Shown: positions 9,466 to 19,399 of the stretch, one piece after another | How positions within the stretch are numbered: the first letter of the stretch is position 1 | How the letters are laid out: each line of letters starts with the position of its first letter | IMG/VR virus record: IMGVR_UViG_3300030433_000923 | Span: 1-31,706 of that record | Length of the DNA stretch: 31,706 nucleotides | Reading direction: 5' to 3' (one strand) | Source: a virus | Lineage: Duplodnaviria > Caudoviricetes | Notes under the pieces: model-generated | Databases searched by the model: none | Told to the model about the DNA's origin: nothing | What the model saw: the letters and a program-made list of their open reading frames with translations, nothing else | Program-made: the position numbers and the translations under genes

Positions 9466-11294
9466 TTACCTTCCAAATATTTCATTGTCGTTGATAGTAA
9501 GTTGTCATATAACTTATCTAGGTTTTTTCCCCCTTCATCACCATAAAACTTTTTCGAAAATCTATCTTTGTTATCTCTTCTGTAACTAAGCATGTCTCTC
9601 AGTTGTTCTATTTCATCTAACTCCTTTATGTTTTCTAAAAATTCTTGATTTAATTTGGCTGATCGCCTATTGGTTGCTTTATTAAATGCTTTTTTAAAAA
9701 GGTCATATTGAAGTCTGAGAGTTTGTTGTGTATCGTCCTCAACAATTTTATTAATCTTTTCTTCGACTTCACCTATTTGATCTCGTATATAAGTGGCAGC
9801 ATCAAAACTTTCTCCAAGTTCTGTTTTTCTTCTTAACTCTGCTAATGCTTTTTTTCTCATTGCTTTGAGCAGTTGATTTTGTTTATAATTTGGATGATCA
9901 ACGTCAATATTTTCTTGTTCAATAATACCAAATAATTGCTCTGTATTTAGAAGCTCTAATTCGATATTACTTTTTTCATAAGTATTTAAATCTTTTTCAA
10001 GATCTTCTATGTCTTCTGTGCTTAGTAAAAACCTATTATCATCAATGGTTCTAATAGTTAACGATCCATCGTTAAGTTGTCTTTTAAGTCTTCTTAAAGT
10101 TTGTGCATCACTTTTTCTTCTTACACCCATAAACCTTTCTCTGTCTTGTTTAATGTCGATAAGTCTTGTGTCGCTAGAATCTAACGATGTTGCTCTTTTA
10201 AGATTATCATCGTAAAGTTTAGGATCGTTTTTATCTATGGCAATCTTCATATTCGCTAGTGCATTGTTCATTGCTGTTTCGTTTTCGATTTTATCTATAT
10301 CGTTCTCATCTTCTTCAAGTTGCAGTTCATCTCGTCTTGCTGATCGTAAGTTAGAAACTAATTTAATTTTATCCTCGGCTGTAAACATTTTGAGTAAAGC
10401 ATCAATTCGAGGATTGCCTGTTGTTTTATTTTTAATGATACTTTTAGAGTATTCTCTTGCTAACCCCGCTTGTAAGGTATAACTAATAATTTTACTTTCA
10501 TAATGATTCATAAAATCTTTGTTAACTGTTTCAGTTAGTTTGGTGATTTGTGGAGCAGAATATTCTCCTCTAGTTATTGCTACTGTCTGCGATTCAATAA
10601 TAGTATTTGTTCTAAGTGCTGCAAGATCGCTTTCAATCTGACTTTGTGTTTTGGCGGGATCAAGTAGAATGTTATCTATCTTAGTAGGTATGTTTGCTTG
10701 GATATTACTAAGTATTACAGCAGCAAGCCCTTGTTGTTTTTTTGTTTCTGCATCAATAAAGTCGCTCATATAACTTTTAAAATAACCGCCTGTTGTTTGC
10801 GACAATGTGCCTTTCAGTTTAATATGATCTGTTGGACTTACATTTTTTAAAATATCAGCATAACCGAGTGATATAGCATCAAGACCATCAGCCACCTCTT
10901 GCGGATCTAAATCTTGTGTTTTTGCCTGACTTATAAATTGTGCATAATCTCTTGTCGCTTGTAGTTCTATTTCTGCCATTACACTTTGAAATGCTGTGCT
11001 TCTAGCAGCTCTACCTCTTGTTCCATACCCAAGTCTTTTTGTAGGATCTTCTCCTGTCTGCGATGCTTTCTCTAACTCCTCCATAGTAATTGGATTTGTC
11101 GCACCATACATCTCTCCTTCTTCTACAACCTTTTCAGCCATTTGATCGTAAAAAAAACCTGACATAGTATTGAGTAACTGTGTGATCTGACTCTGACCAG
11201 CAGCTTGTTGTTCTAATAAACCTACCTCGGTTGCAGCACTTGGTCTGTAATTCGAACTTAATATTGATCTATTTAATCGTACTCTTTCAGCCAT
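9462..11294 (-). CDS. Internal virion protein, T7 gp15 positional analog
   Basis: 610 aa helical, charged protein following the gp14-like gene; coupled by overlapping start/stop codons. Confidence 0.6.
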   Translation of the reverse strand: MAERVRLNRSILSSNYRPSAATEVGLLEQQAAGQSQITQLLNTMSGFFYDQMAEKVVEEGEMYGATNPITMEELEKASQTGEDPTKRLGYGTRGRAARSTAFQSVMAEIELQATRDYAQFISQAKTQDLDPQEVADGLDAISLGYADILKNVSPTDHIKLKGTLSQTTGGYFKSYMSDFIDAETKKQQGLAAVILSNIQANIPTKIDNILLDPAKTQSQIESDLAALRTNTIIESQTVAITRGEYSAPQITKLTETVNKDFMNHYESKIISYTLQAGLAREYSKSIIKNKTTGNPRIDALLKMFTAEDKIKLVSNLRSARRDELQLEEDENDIDKIENETAMNNALANMKIAIDKNDPKLYDDNLKRATSLDSSDTRLIDIKQDRERFMGVRRKSDAQTLRRLKRQLNDGSLTIRTIDDNRFLLSTEDIEDLEKDLNTYEKSNIELELLNTEQLFGIIEQENIDVDHPNYKQNQLLKAMRKKALAELRRKTELGESFDAATYIRDQIGEVEEKINKIVEDDTQQTLRLQYDLFKKAFNKATNRRSAKLNQEFLENIKELDEIEQLRDMLSYRRDNKDRFSKKFYGDEGGKNLDKLYDNLLSTTMKYLEGK

Positions 11295-11980
11295 TATATC
11301 AAACCTCCACCAGCAGTATTATAGACACCTCCCCTTAGAGGACCTGTCTGTCCTACAAACATAGGATTGACAGCTCTATTCAATGCGATATTACCAGCAG
11401 TATTTATTTGTGAAGCGTTGAGAGCAAGTGAACCTCCAATGGGTACTGGAATTGTTGGTCTAGCCATAGGCGTAACAGGAAGAGTAGAAGTCGGACTAGA
11501 AGATCCTAATCCACTAAAAGCACCAGATAATCCAACTTGTGCAACTGACATAACTAGATTACCGAGTGCAGCAGTTTGAGCTTGTCTTGCTGCCATACGA
11601 CCCTTGTATTCTAAATTCCTTGCTTGACGTTCTGATTGTTCAATAGCTAAGAAAGCGTCTTGATCTAATATACCAACATCTAATGCTGCTGGTCGTAAGA
11701 CTTGTTGTTCAGAGAACACCGCTGCCGATCCTACCTCTGGCAATACACCACTTGAGTATCCTCTGGCAATGTTTGATGCTAATGCTCTTTTTGTTCGTCT
11801 AAGTATTTCATTAGCTGATTCTTGTGCTTTTACTGCTTCAACTCGTCCTTTGAGTCGTTCATTACGAGCTTGAGCTTCTGCAATTTGTTGTTGTATTCTT
11901 CCTTCAGCAACAGAAGATCGGTACTGCAAAGCAGAACCGATTAACCCAATACCCGCACTAATTACAGAACCAAAACTCAT
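11294..11980 (-). CDS. Internal virion protein, T7 gp14 analog
   Basis: Hydrophobic Gly-rich N-terminus, Q/A-rich coiled coil, SSGV...GSA motif; directly after tail tubular B. Confidence 0.7.
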   Translation of the reverse strand: MSFGSVISAGIGLIGSALQYRSSVAEGRIQQQIAEAQARNERLKGRVEAVKAQESANEILRRTKRALASNIARGYSSGVLPEVGSAAVFSEQQVLRPAALDVGILDQDAFLAIEQSERQARNLEYKGRMAARQAQTAALGNLVMSVAQVGLSGAFSGLGSSSPTSTLPVTPMARPTIPVPIGGSLALNASQINTAGNIALNRAVNPMFVGQTGPLRGGVYNTAGGGLI

Positions 11981-14010
11981 TGACTACCACTTACGCTATA
12001 CTCTAAACTTAACAATGTGAAAAATAATGGTTTCGTTTGAGTGATTGATATTTGAGCTTCCTCGTCATAACCTAATAACGGAGTTACTCGTTTTCGTCCT
12101 GTAAATGATGTTTCAGAAGAATCAAGAGTGTAGGGGAACTGTTTTAGACTTACCTCGTTCCCATTAATAGCAATATTCTGTGTTTGATTTAAAACAGGAG
12201 ATACCGCTACTATTCTTTTTTTTCTTCCGACCATTGTACCTGAAGCAAGTCTGGGTTCTGCTGGTAATGTTTTCGCTAATACATCATGATGTAAACCTAT
12301 TTCAACATACGTTGTTGGAACTTGATCGATTGTTATTTGTCCTGACGAAACAGTTTTTTCACCCAAGAAAATATCATCTCGAACACATTCCACAGTTTTT
12401 CCCTCCAAATGACTAAGACCTGAAACTGTCGTGGAGGTAGGCTTATTGCCATCAGAACTCCCATCAAAAAGCTGAAAAGAAGCGTCAGTAGTTCTATCAT
12501 CGTCTAACCTTTCTATATAATGTTTTGTATTACTATTGATCGTTCTCTTAACAATCACATAGATATCATCAATATCAACCGCACAATCTTCGTATGTACC
12601 ATCGGTTATAAACTCACTTGGAGCTACAACCTTTTGTGATCGGTGTATCGAATACGCTGCCATCGTTCCGTCAGTACCATTGACGATCATAAGTAAATCT
12701 CCGTCATCCGTGGAGGTTGCTCTTCTAAATGCAATCTTGACAGGACTTTTTAACAAATGACTTGATAACAACGATATATTGTTTGATTGATACGACAATT
12801 CTGCATCGCTAAATAAAAACTCTCGTAATGCTTTTCCTGATCGTTGTAAGAAAATAGTACCACCTTCAACCGATACAGGCATAATATTAGGTTTTGATCC
12901 AGACGAGGTCGCAGCTTTGATTGTTAGATTACCAGGCGTTATAGGTTGTCCTTCTGATTGCTGGACAAAAAATTCGTTACCTGTCGAAAATATTTGTAAA
13001 TCTCTTCCTGATCTAATACCCGTAATAGCATTTACAGAATCAGAAGAAAGTATAGCGAATATAGCGTCATCGTCTAAACCTTCAGCTTCTAAGAAATTAA
13101 AGAAGTCAGATACCTTTGATCCGAACAAAGCGTTAGGTAAACTCTTAGATCCACCAAAATATAATCGTCCTTCATGAAAGACCCCTGTTTTTGGAAACCC
13201 TCTAGTTGCTGAAAATACATCTTCGTATCCCGCTTCAAGTTCCCAATTACCATTTGATATAGCAGAAGTGTTAAAGAACGGAATCTCTACATTTACTTTT
13301 ATAGATGTGGCTGACACAAACTCTACAATTCTTGCTCTGCCGAATCCATTCTTGACGTTGATATATTGATTGACATTACCACTAGAAAAAATACTAGCCG
13401 ATGCTGATATGGTTGCAGTACCATCAATAGAAGAGGGTGTTATATTCGCAGCGGGTTCAGATACAGATTTTGTAAAAGCAAACTTTGGCGAAGTGATTGA
13501 TATTGTACTTGCTGTCCATGTAGTATTGTTTGCTCCTCGAACAATGGATAGCGGAGCTAAATCTTCATGCATAAGAATCAACGTGTCCGCAGATTGTGTA
13601 AAGGTTATGGCATCGAATGATATATCGCCTAACGATACAGTTAAATAATTATTACCACTTGAGTTTATATTGGTCTGCAATACGCCTTGTCTAAATACAA
13701 ACATCTTGGCGTTGTTGGTAGCACTCGTAGATAATTTAACAAATACTAACATAAACGAATCAACACTTGAAAACTCAAAGGGAATCAAACGAAGTCCTTG
13801 TTGCGCAGTAAACGATCCTCCTAAATCAGAAGATACATCAAGTAAAAATTGTTGTCCTGGTCGTCTTTCTATTGCACCTTGCGGAATACATACCACATTG
13901 GTTGCTTTCTCTAACCCCGCTTGATATTGGGTAATGTCGACTCGACCTTTAACAAGTGGATCAAACTCGCCCATAGTGAATGAAGATTGATACTGAACAA
14001 TTCTGCTCAT
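11977..14010 (-). CDS. Tail tubular protein B (nozzle, T7 gp12-like)
   Basis: QSSFTMGEFDP..GRVD, PQGAIERRPG, RLIPFEFS, FTQSADTL, GFP....FHEGRLYFGG motifs. Confidence 0.9.
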   Translation of the reverse strand: MSRIVQYQSSFTMGEFDPLVKGRVDITQYQAGLEKATNVVCIPQGAIERRPGQQFLLDVSSDLGGSFTAQQGLRLIPFEFSSVDSFMLVFVKLSTSATNNAKMFVFRQGVLQTNINSSGNNYLTVSLGDISFDAITFTQSADTLILMHEDLAPLSIVRGANNTTWTASTISITSPKFAFTKSVSEPAANITPSSIDGTATISASASIFSSGNVNQYINVKNGFGRARIVEFVSATSIKVNVEIPFFNTSAISNGNWELEAGYEDVFSATRGFPKTGVFHEGRLYFGGSKSLPNALFGSKVSDFFNFLEAEGLDDDAIFAILSSDSVNAITGIRSGRDLQIFSTGNEFFVQQSEGQPITPGNLTIKAATSSGSKPNIMPVSVEGGTIFLQRSGKALREFLFSDAELSYQSNNISLLSSHLLKSPVKIAFRRATSTDDGDLLMIVNGTDGTMAAYSIHRSQKVVAPSEFITDGTYEDCAVDIDDIYVIVKRTINSNTKHYIERLDDDRTTDASFQLFDGSSDGNKPTSTTVSGLSHLEGKTVECVRDDIFLGEKTVSSGQITIDQVPTTYVEIGLHHDVLAKTLPAEPRLASGTMVGRKKRIVAVSPVLNQTQNIAINGNEVSLKQFPYTLDSSETSFTGRKRVTPLLGYDEEAQISITQTKPLFFTLLSLEYSVSGSQ

Positions 14011-14627
14011 GCTCCTCTCACTTCAGTTAACAGATATTGCGCAATAACAGGGGGAGTTTCACCCGCACCATCTAAATTGATAGCGGTTCGAAAGTATCCA
14101 CCTCTGTTGTTATCGGCTGCTCCGCCTAATGCAATCTGTTTATAGTATGCTCCTTTTTCTGTCTGATCTGTAATTGTTTCTGCTAGATTCCACGCCAACA
14201 TATAAACAAGTAATTGAGTAAAATATACAGGAAGTTTACCTTCTACTATGTCTTGTTGATAATCTACAAAGATTTGTGTGTTATCGGTTAATAATGTTTC
14301 GCCTTGTATTTGCCAATCTCTTATTGTTGCAGCTCCTCGATCACTAGAATTATAAACTGATCTGGGAACACTATTAATCATATCAGAGGGTAGTTTATAT
14401 TGATATAAGAAATGTGCTGTAGGAGCAGTAGATAATCTTGAGAGTTCTGCTTTTTTAAGAGTGAATGTCCAAGGATACATTCCAAGGGTTGTTGTTTTTA
14501 CTTTAGGATAGATAATATCTAAAGCGTTGCCGATCGCTGTACCATTCGAAAAACTAGCAATCGTATCAGCACCGAGAAGAAGTAATGCTTGATTTGCTAT
14601 GCTTACCTGATTATCTCCCGTTGCCAT
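14007..14627 (-). CDS. Tail tubular protein A (adaptor, T7 gp11-like)
   Basis: IANQALLLLGA..I, YPWTF, YQYKLPSD motifs; synteny. Confidence 0.9.
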   Translation of the reverse strand: MATGDNQVSIANQALLLLGADTIASFSNGTAIGNALDIIYPKVKTTTLGMYPWTFTLKKAELSRLSTAPTAHFLYQYKLPSDMINSVPRSVYNSSDRGAATIRDWQIQGETLLTDNTQIFVDYQQDIVEGKLPVYFTQLLVYMLAWNLAETITDQTEKGAYYKQIALGGAADNNRGGYFRTAINLDGAGETPPVIAQYLLTEVRGA

Positions 14628-14636
14628 AATAATTCC

Positions 14637-14668
14637 TTAAATAAAAGTGGAGAGCCGAAGCTCTCCAC
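14637..14668 (-). terminator. Intrinsic terminator after the capsid genes
   Basis: Minus strand GTGGAGAGC-TTCG-GCTCTCCAC (14647-14668; perfect 9-bp stem, C(UUCG)G loop) followed by TTTTATTT. Confidence 0.9.
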
Positions 14669-14678
14669 AGTTTATAAT

Positions 14679-14957
14679 TTAGTCAGAGTCAGCTACACTA
14701 AGTGCTGTTCCATCACTCACATCAACCACGCCAGCAGCCGTTACACTTAATACAACGACTAAAGATGCAGTTGGTGTGTTTGAATCATGAACATAAATTA
14801 GATCACCGACTTTTACTTCATCAGATACCGAATTAAAATATCCTTCAGTATTCATAGTGGCTAGATTATCAGTAGTGGTATAACTCCAAATTTGTGGAGC
14901 AGACCCTCTTTTACTCATGCCACCAATAGGATTCCATCCCGCTCTTGCGAATGCCAT
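14679..14957 (-). CDS. Small virion protein (putative capsid decoration)
   Basis: 92 aa directly after the MCP and before the terminator; WSYTTTD....TEGYFN..VGDLIYV motif; GGAGGT RBS. Confidence 0.6.
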   Translation of the reverse strand: MAFARAGWNPIGGMSKRGSAPQIWSYTTTDNLATMNTEGYFNSVSDEVKVGDLIYVHDSNTPTASLVVVLSVTAAGVVDVSDGTALSVADSD

Positions 14958-14967
14958 AATTTACCTC

Positions 14968-15822
14968 CTATGATTCTCTACAAGTTACTTTTATCAAACC
15001 TTCAGTATCGATCACAACTGCACCAGCTGAATACATCGCACTTACTAAGAACGAAGTTTTCTCAGGCACATAGTTGACCTCGACTTTTGGTGCGACACTT
15101 ACGCCACAGCCAATCGCTGATCTGTGATAAAAGAATGTGTTTCTATCTGAGCTGCCATCGATGGCAAGCCCGCCTTCTGAACGATCACCGACAACATGAA
15201 ATTGAAATCCCATCATGGTATTAATATCACCTTGTACTAATGCTCGTATATTTTGGAAATCACCAGAGATTGCCCTTTCATCTCCTAATAGTCCAGCAAT
15301 ATTGTTCGCATGAACAACTGCATGACGATCTGTTGGGGGAACATTAGCAGCGTCCATAGCTTTTTTTGCTGCAATAATTTTTCCAATATTAAGATCTGAA
15401 GCCCCCGCAGAGCCCGAAGTTACGACCGTGTTGGCAATCGTGGCTCCTGGTGAAGCTGCTTCCATCACATCGATGATAATCTGATCTTCCCTTCTGGCTA
15501 TGGCTTTACCCACAACGGCAGCAAGCTCTTGTCTTTCATCGAAGTTAACCTTACTTTGATCGAAAATATCGCTATACTCGGCTGCGATAAAATCGCTCAT
15601 AGTGGCTGTTACTGTGCTGAAATCTGTGTTTAGAGGCACAACATCTGTTTGTGGAGTTCTAATCTGTGATACACCTTTTCCAATTTTAGGAAACTTTACA
15701 GTAGAACCTTGAACATTTGTTCTCATTCTAACACTATTATTCAATACAGATTCGCCTTGATATGCTTGTTTTACCTCTGCTTCAAACAGGGTAATAAAAG
15801 CTGTTGATAATCCTGTACTCAT
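14968..15822 (-). CDS. Major capsid protein
   Basis: 284 aa; FEAEVKQAYQG, GSTVKFPKIG, AEYSDIFDQSKVNFDERQEL, NYVPEKTSFLV; follows the scaffold; AGGAG RBS. Confidence 0.92.
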   Translation of the reverse strand: MSTGLSTAFITLFEAEVKQAYQGESVLNNSVRMRTNVQGSTVKFPKIGKGVSQIRTPQTDVVPLNTDFSTVTATMSDFIAAEYSDIFDQSKVNFDERQELAAVVGKAIARREDQIIIDVMEAASPGATIANTVVTSGSAGASDLNIGKIIAAKKAMDAANVPPTDRHAVVHANNIAGLLGDERAISGDFQNIRALVQGDINTMMGFQFHVVGDRSEGGLAIDGSSDRNTFFYHRSAIGCGVSVAPKVEVNYVPEKTSFLVSAMYSAGAVVIDTEGLIKVTCRES

Positions 15823-15862
15823 AATTGTACTCCTGTTAAATAGTTATAATTGTTTACTAATC

Positions 15863-15961
15863 GCTTCGGTTATTGGAAAAAGATCCAGCCAAACATATAA
15901 GGTATTGCCCTACACAATCTCATTTCTGAGAAGCCAAACCAGCCAAAAAAGGTTATTGGTT
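15863..15961 (-). ncRNA. Structured cis-regulatory RNA in the capsid gene 5' leader
   Basis: Four consecutive hairpins including a GAAA tetraloop and two copies of a GG-C-UGG / CCA-AUAA-CC internal loop. Confidence 0.65.
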
Positions 15962-15966
15962 AATTA

Positions 15967-15995
15967 TTTATAAAACATCTTGACACGCTTTTCAA
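15967..15995 (-). promoter_or_regulatory. Sigma70-type promoter for the capsid gene
   Basis: Minus strand TTGAAA (15990-15995), 17 bp spacer, TATAAA (15967-15972); predicted start near 15961 coincides with the first hairpin. Confidence 0.65.
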
Positions 15996-16017
15996 GAAAA
16001 AAAGAAACATCTAGCGT

Positions 16018-16836
16018 TTATCTAGATAGCTTACCTGACTTCTCAAGTTCGATCATATCTTTTTCTACTTGTTTTCTAAATGCTTCATCGGTTGCATATT
16101 TAGGATCTGCGACTCTCGATAACACCTCGTCTTTGTCTAAACCATCGACTTGCATTGTCATTGTTGGTATTTCTTTTTCGCCTGTCATACCTCTGAAGAT
16201 ATTTAGAATACGAATACCTTGAGCAGTACCACCCATGATTTTAAATTCTTCAAAGTCATCTTTGTTTAGAATACCTTGACTCACTAGCTTTCTTCCCCAA
16301 TTCACCATGCTTTGAATTTTTTCGTTTGCATTTTCACCGAGCTTAGCGAGTTCTTCTTTCTCATTGATTTCTTGTTCTTGTATGCTTTCTCCTCTGATCT
16401 CTGCTATCTTACTCACTAATTCATCAAACGATTCTTGCGAGATATTATTTGCTTTCGCCCAACTTGACGCAAACTCAACTTCTGGATCAGATTGATCAAT
16501 ACCTTTTTCTTCTAGAGTTTTTAAATCGTAGGACTCTGGTGCTTTACTATTTTTTTTATGAAATGCTTTTTCAAGTTCTGTATAACCTTTTGCAATACCT
16601 TCTACATCTGGTCCGTCTTTTTTATCCCAAAACTTTTCTGGAAAATAATCAGGTCTTTCAAATTCAACATTCTCTAAATCTTCACCTTCAACAACTTGAT
16701 CTGCTGACTTCGTTGCCATACCTTCATCTTGAGTGGTTTCTTCTTTTTCAAGTGTGGCATTCGACATTAATCCTTCTGCTGGTTGTTCTGTTGTTTCTTC
16801 AGTTTTTACTTCTTCTTGGTTTTGGACTTCATCCAT
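16018..16836 (-). CDS. Capsid scaffolding protein
   Basis: Acidic 272 aa; ERPDYFPEKFW, KGYTELEK, APESYD, DPKY..DEAFRKQV; between portal and MCP. Confidence 0.85.
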   Translation of the reverse strand: MDEVQNQEEVKTEETTEQPAEGLMSNATLEKEETTQDEGMATKSADQVVEGEDLENVEFERPDYFPEKFWDKKDGPDVEGIAKGYTELEKAFHKKNSKAPESYDLKTLEEKGIDQSDPEVEFASSWAKANNISQESFDELVSKIAEIRGESIQEQEINEKEELAKLGENANEKIQSMVNWGRKLVSQGILNKDDFEEFKIMGGTAQGIRILNIFRGMTGEKEIPTMTMQVDGLDKDEVLSRVADPKYATDEAFRKQVEKDMIELEKSGKLSR

Positions 16837-17119
16837 TTCTAGCTCTCCTTAATTTTAAAATAATTTCTCTAATTACAGAGTTTTGACCATCTCTAAAATA
16901 GCCAAATGAGTTGTCATATCCTGGTGTCCATGTCGGTACGTCAAGATAGGTTTTTTGTAAGTGGTCGAGTAACTTCTGACCTTGTTCGGTGGAAAATACT
17001 TGTTGATATAATTTATCGAGTTCGGTCGGTTCGATCCTTGCATTAGGATTAGGCATTGCATCTAATCCCTCCCAACCAGGGCTATTGATCGTTTGTTGCT
17101 GCTTGCTGTTGGGTTTCAT
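16829..17119 (-). CDS. Bbp19-like conserved phage protein
   Basis: YQQVFSTEQGQKLLDHL...FRDGQNSVIREI pattern; typical position after the portal. Confidence 0.75.
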   Translation of the reverse strand: MKPNSKQQQTINSPGWEGLDAMPNPNARIEPTELDKLYQQVFSTEQGQKLLDHLQKTYLDVPTWTPGYDNSFGYFRDGQNSVIREIILKLRRARNG

Positions 17120-18659
17120 TCATCATACCTTGTTGCATCTGTTGTTGAGCTAGAGCTTGAGCTTGTTCCGCCATGACTTGTTGCATCTGTTGTCGTTCTT
17201 CAAACGTAGTACGGATTGACGCTGGAACTGCCATTGCATCTGCAATAAAGTCTGCAACCTCTTCAATCTTAAATGTCATTTGTCCTGTAGGACCTAGACT
17301 TGATGCGATCTGAATATACTGCATAATCTGATTTACTTTTGTCATATTACTTGCCATGGCTATTTCACCTATAGGCTGAACCTTCACTTGCAATCCATTG
17401 ACCTTGAGTGGTAGTTGAATAATACCGAGTCCATCCATAACCTCTAGAGTTCTTCTAACAATCGGATACATCGTTTCATTTATCAAGCGTCCGTATGCAG
17501 AACCTAGATTCTGTGATAATTGTTTCATTCGCTCCGCTACTTCTAAAGCAGTTCGAGCCGACATATTGTCTGGTGGTAAGGATTCATCGAGTAAAATTTT
17601 CTTTATGTTCATACGAAGATCGTTTGTTATAATCTGACTTAACTGTGGATCTCCTGATCTGGGTAAGGGTTGTAAGTCTGCTCCTCTAGGACCTCCGTTT
17701 GAGTTGACAGGTATGATCGCACCAGGTACGAGGTTAATACTATTGGGATTTATTACACCTGTATCAACCGCAGTATATACACCCGCAATAGTTAGCGAAG
17801 CATTTTTTAGTGTCAGCTCTAATACTCGATTCAAAGTTTTTATATCGGGTAGTGCGGTCAGAACAGGACCTCGACCATATCTTTCGTTTGCTGCTTTCAT
17901 GTATCTGGCAATAACCCAAGGAAATGATTTAAGATCTCTATAGACAAGTTCGTTTTGTCCTCCTCGATCAATAATCTGATAATGGTATCTGCCTGTGTTT
18001 TTATCGTAGTATGTACCTTCAATCAGTTCCACCATCTCACCTTCTCGGTTGGTGTATTTTTGTTTCATATCTTGTGGAATCTTTATGTCAGGAAACTCTT
18101 GATCTAATACACCATACGGACGTTTCATTCTACGATATACTTTATCGACAGTTCCGAATGGTCCTTCTTCAAATGTAATTAAGAATGTTGGTACAGCAGT
18201 ATAGCGAATAGGGGTTACTTCATCGCCTGGATTTATAAGAAGGACTGCGGTACCAATAGCAAGCTCAAGAAGAAATTCGCCCATAGCCGCGTCAAAATTA
18301 GATTGTCGCATAATATCGAACATACGATCAGCATAGCTATCGAGGATTTGTTGGGTTTCTATTTTTCGTTCTTCTGGTATTTCTGATCCTGGTATTAGAC
18401 GACACCATCGAGCTGCGGGTGGAAATAGTCCTGATTGTAAACGATTGGCAAATTTTTGTGTAGAATCAATCGCAGTAGAATCAAACACTCTGGACATTTT
18501 ATCTTGACCAGGAACATCGCCATCATAGTATCCGTCATGTAGGTTTCTCATGGGCAGCGAATATCTGTAAGCATCTTCGTATATGGATCGCCAATTATCC
18601 TTATGGGTATTGGTTTTATCGTATTTTGATTTAAGTTGTTTTGGTGTTAATTTATTCAT
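17082..18659 (-). CDS. Portal (head-tail connector) protein
   Basis: 525 aa; VFDSTA, LQSGLFPP, SNF, ERYGRGP, ALPDIKTLN, RTALEV.ER; Q-rich tail. Confidence 0.95.
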   Translation of the reverse strand: MNKLTPKQLKSKYDKTNTHKDNWRSIYEDAYRYSLPMRNLHDGYYDGDVPGQDKMSRVFDSTAIDSTQKFANRLQSGLFPPAARWCRLIPGSEIPEERKIETQQILDSYADRMFDIMRQSNFDAAMGEFLLELAIGTAVLLINPGDEVTPIRYTAVPTFLITFEEGPFGTVDKVYRRMKRPYGVLDQEFPDIKIPQDMKQKYTNREGEMVELIEGTYYDKNTGRYHYQIIDRGGQNELVYRDLKSFPWVIARYMKAANERYGRGPVLTALPDIKTLNRVLELTLKNASLTIAGVYTAVDTGVINPNSINLVPGAIIPVNSNGGPRGADLQPLPRSGDPQLSQIITNDLRMNIKKILLDESLPPDNMSARTALEVAERMKQLSQNLGSAYGRLINETMYPIVRRTLEVMDGLGIIQLPLKVNGLQVKVQPIGEIAMASNMTKVNQIMQYIQIASSLGPTGQMTFKIEEVADFIADAMAVPASIRTTFEERQQMQQVMAEQAQALAQQQMQQGMMNETQQQAATNDQ

Positions 18660-18925
18660 GATGCTCTATTCATTAATGATCGTCTTTTTGATCTTGGGTT
18701 TCTAGTTGTTGATCGAGGACTTGATCCTACAAATCTAACTTGGTTTGTTCTAATTTTGTTTTGCACATCTTTTTTATAATTTTCAAACATACGTTTATAA
18801 CCTGACCCACCATTCCCCGTTAAGAACACCTCACCTAACAACCCCATTTTTTTAAATGTGGTTCTAAACCCTTTATCACTTGATTTTATAAATTGGTCGT
18901 ATGTCATGTTAATTGTTTTTGTCAT
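18656..18925 (-). CDS. Hypothetical protein with basic C-terminus
   Basis: 89 aa; start and stop overlap both neighbours (TAATG, ATGA). Confidence 0.7.
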   Translation of the reverse strand: MTKTINMTYDQFIKSSDKGFRTTFKKMGLLGEVFLTGNGGSGYKRMFENYKKDVQNKIRTNQVRFVGSSPRSTTRNPRSKRRSLMNRAS

Positions 18926-19254
18926 TATGCTTTCTTAGTATTTTGATATCGTTCTAATAAATTCTTTCCTTTACTTGCTAATTTTCTAGCTGCTTGAGCA
19001 TTGGTTGGAGCAGACTCTCCCCAAGCTCTTGCGGCTAGTGCAAACCGAGTCGGTTCTCCGTTTGGTTTTTTAAATGGGGGAAGGTCAGACCGCCCGTAAA
19101 ACCGACTCAAGAATGATCCTTTTCTTCGCATCTTTTCTGGTGTATTGGCTGCACCTTTAACACCTGGTTTTAAATTAGATCCTTCTTTTCGTTTAAAAAA
19201 TTTTCTTCCCGCTTCGGTTAGTCCTCCTTTTGGATTCTTATGTTTTTTTAGCAT
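18925..19254 (-). CDS. Basic conserved phage protein (DUF6321-like)
   Basis: KNPKGGLTEAGRK...GSNLKPGV...RRKGSFLSRF...PTRFALAARAW. Confidence 0.7.
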   Translation of the reverse strand: MLKKHKNPKGGLTEAGRKFFKRKEGSNLKPGVKGAANTPEKMRRKGSFLSRFYGRSDLPPFKKPNGEPTRFALAARAWGESAPTNAQAARKLASKGKNLLERYQNTKKA

Positions 19255-19399
19255 ACTTCATACGAGATTCGTTGACAGACATTTTCATTTTACCGCCTGT
19301 CATTTTAGCAAAGTTCTTGGCTTCCATAACACCTTTAGCGTTGTACGGAAAACTTTTTTTCATCATCTTGTTATTACTTTTGTACATTACTTCGGGCAT
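19238..19399 (-). CDS. Small basic protein, 53 aa (not in the ORF track)
   Basis: Manual translation MPEVMYKSNNKMMKKSFPYNAKGVMEAKNFAKMTGGKMKMSVNESRMKYAKKT; fills the gap in the operon. Confidence 0.7.
   Translation of the reverse strand: MPEVMYKSNNKMMKKSFPYNAKGVMEAKNFAKMTGGKMKMSVNESRMKYAKKT

Noticed and set aside
14679-15000. T7 10A/10B-style capsid frameshift extension
   Set aside because: No clear slippery site at the MCP end; the downstream gene has its own strong RBS
15980-16010. Perfect TTGACA on the plus strand
   Set aside because: No -10 at 16-18 bp; the minus-strand promoter here fits better
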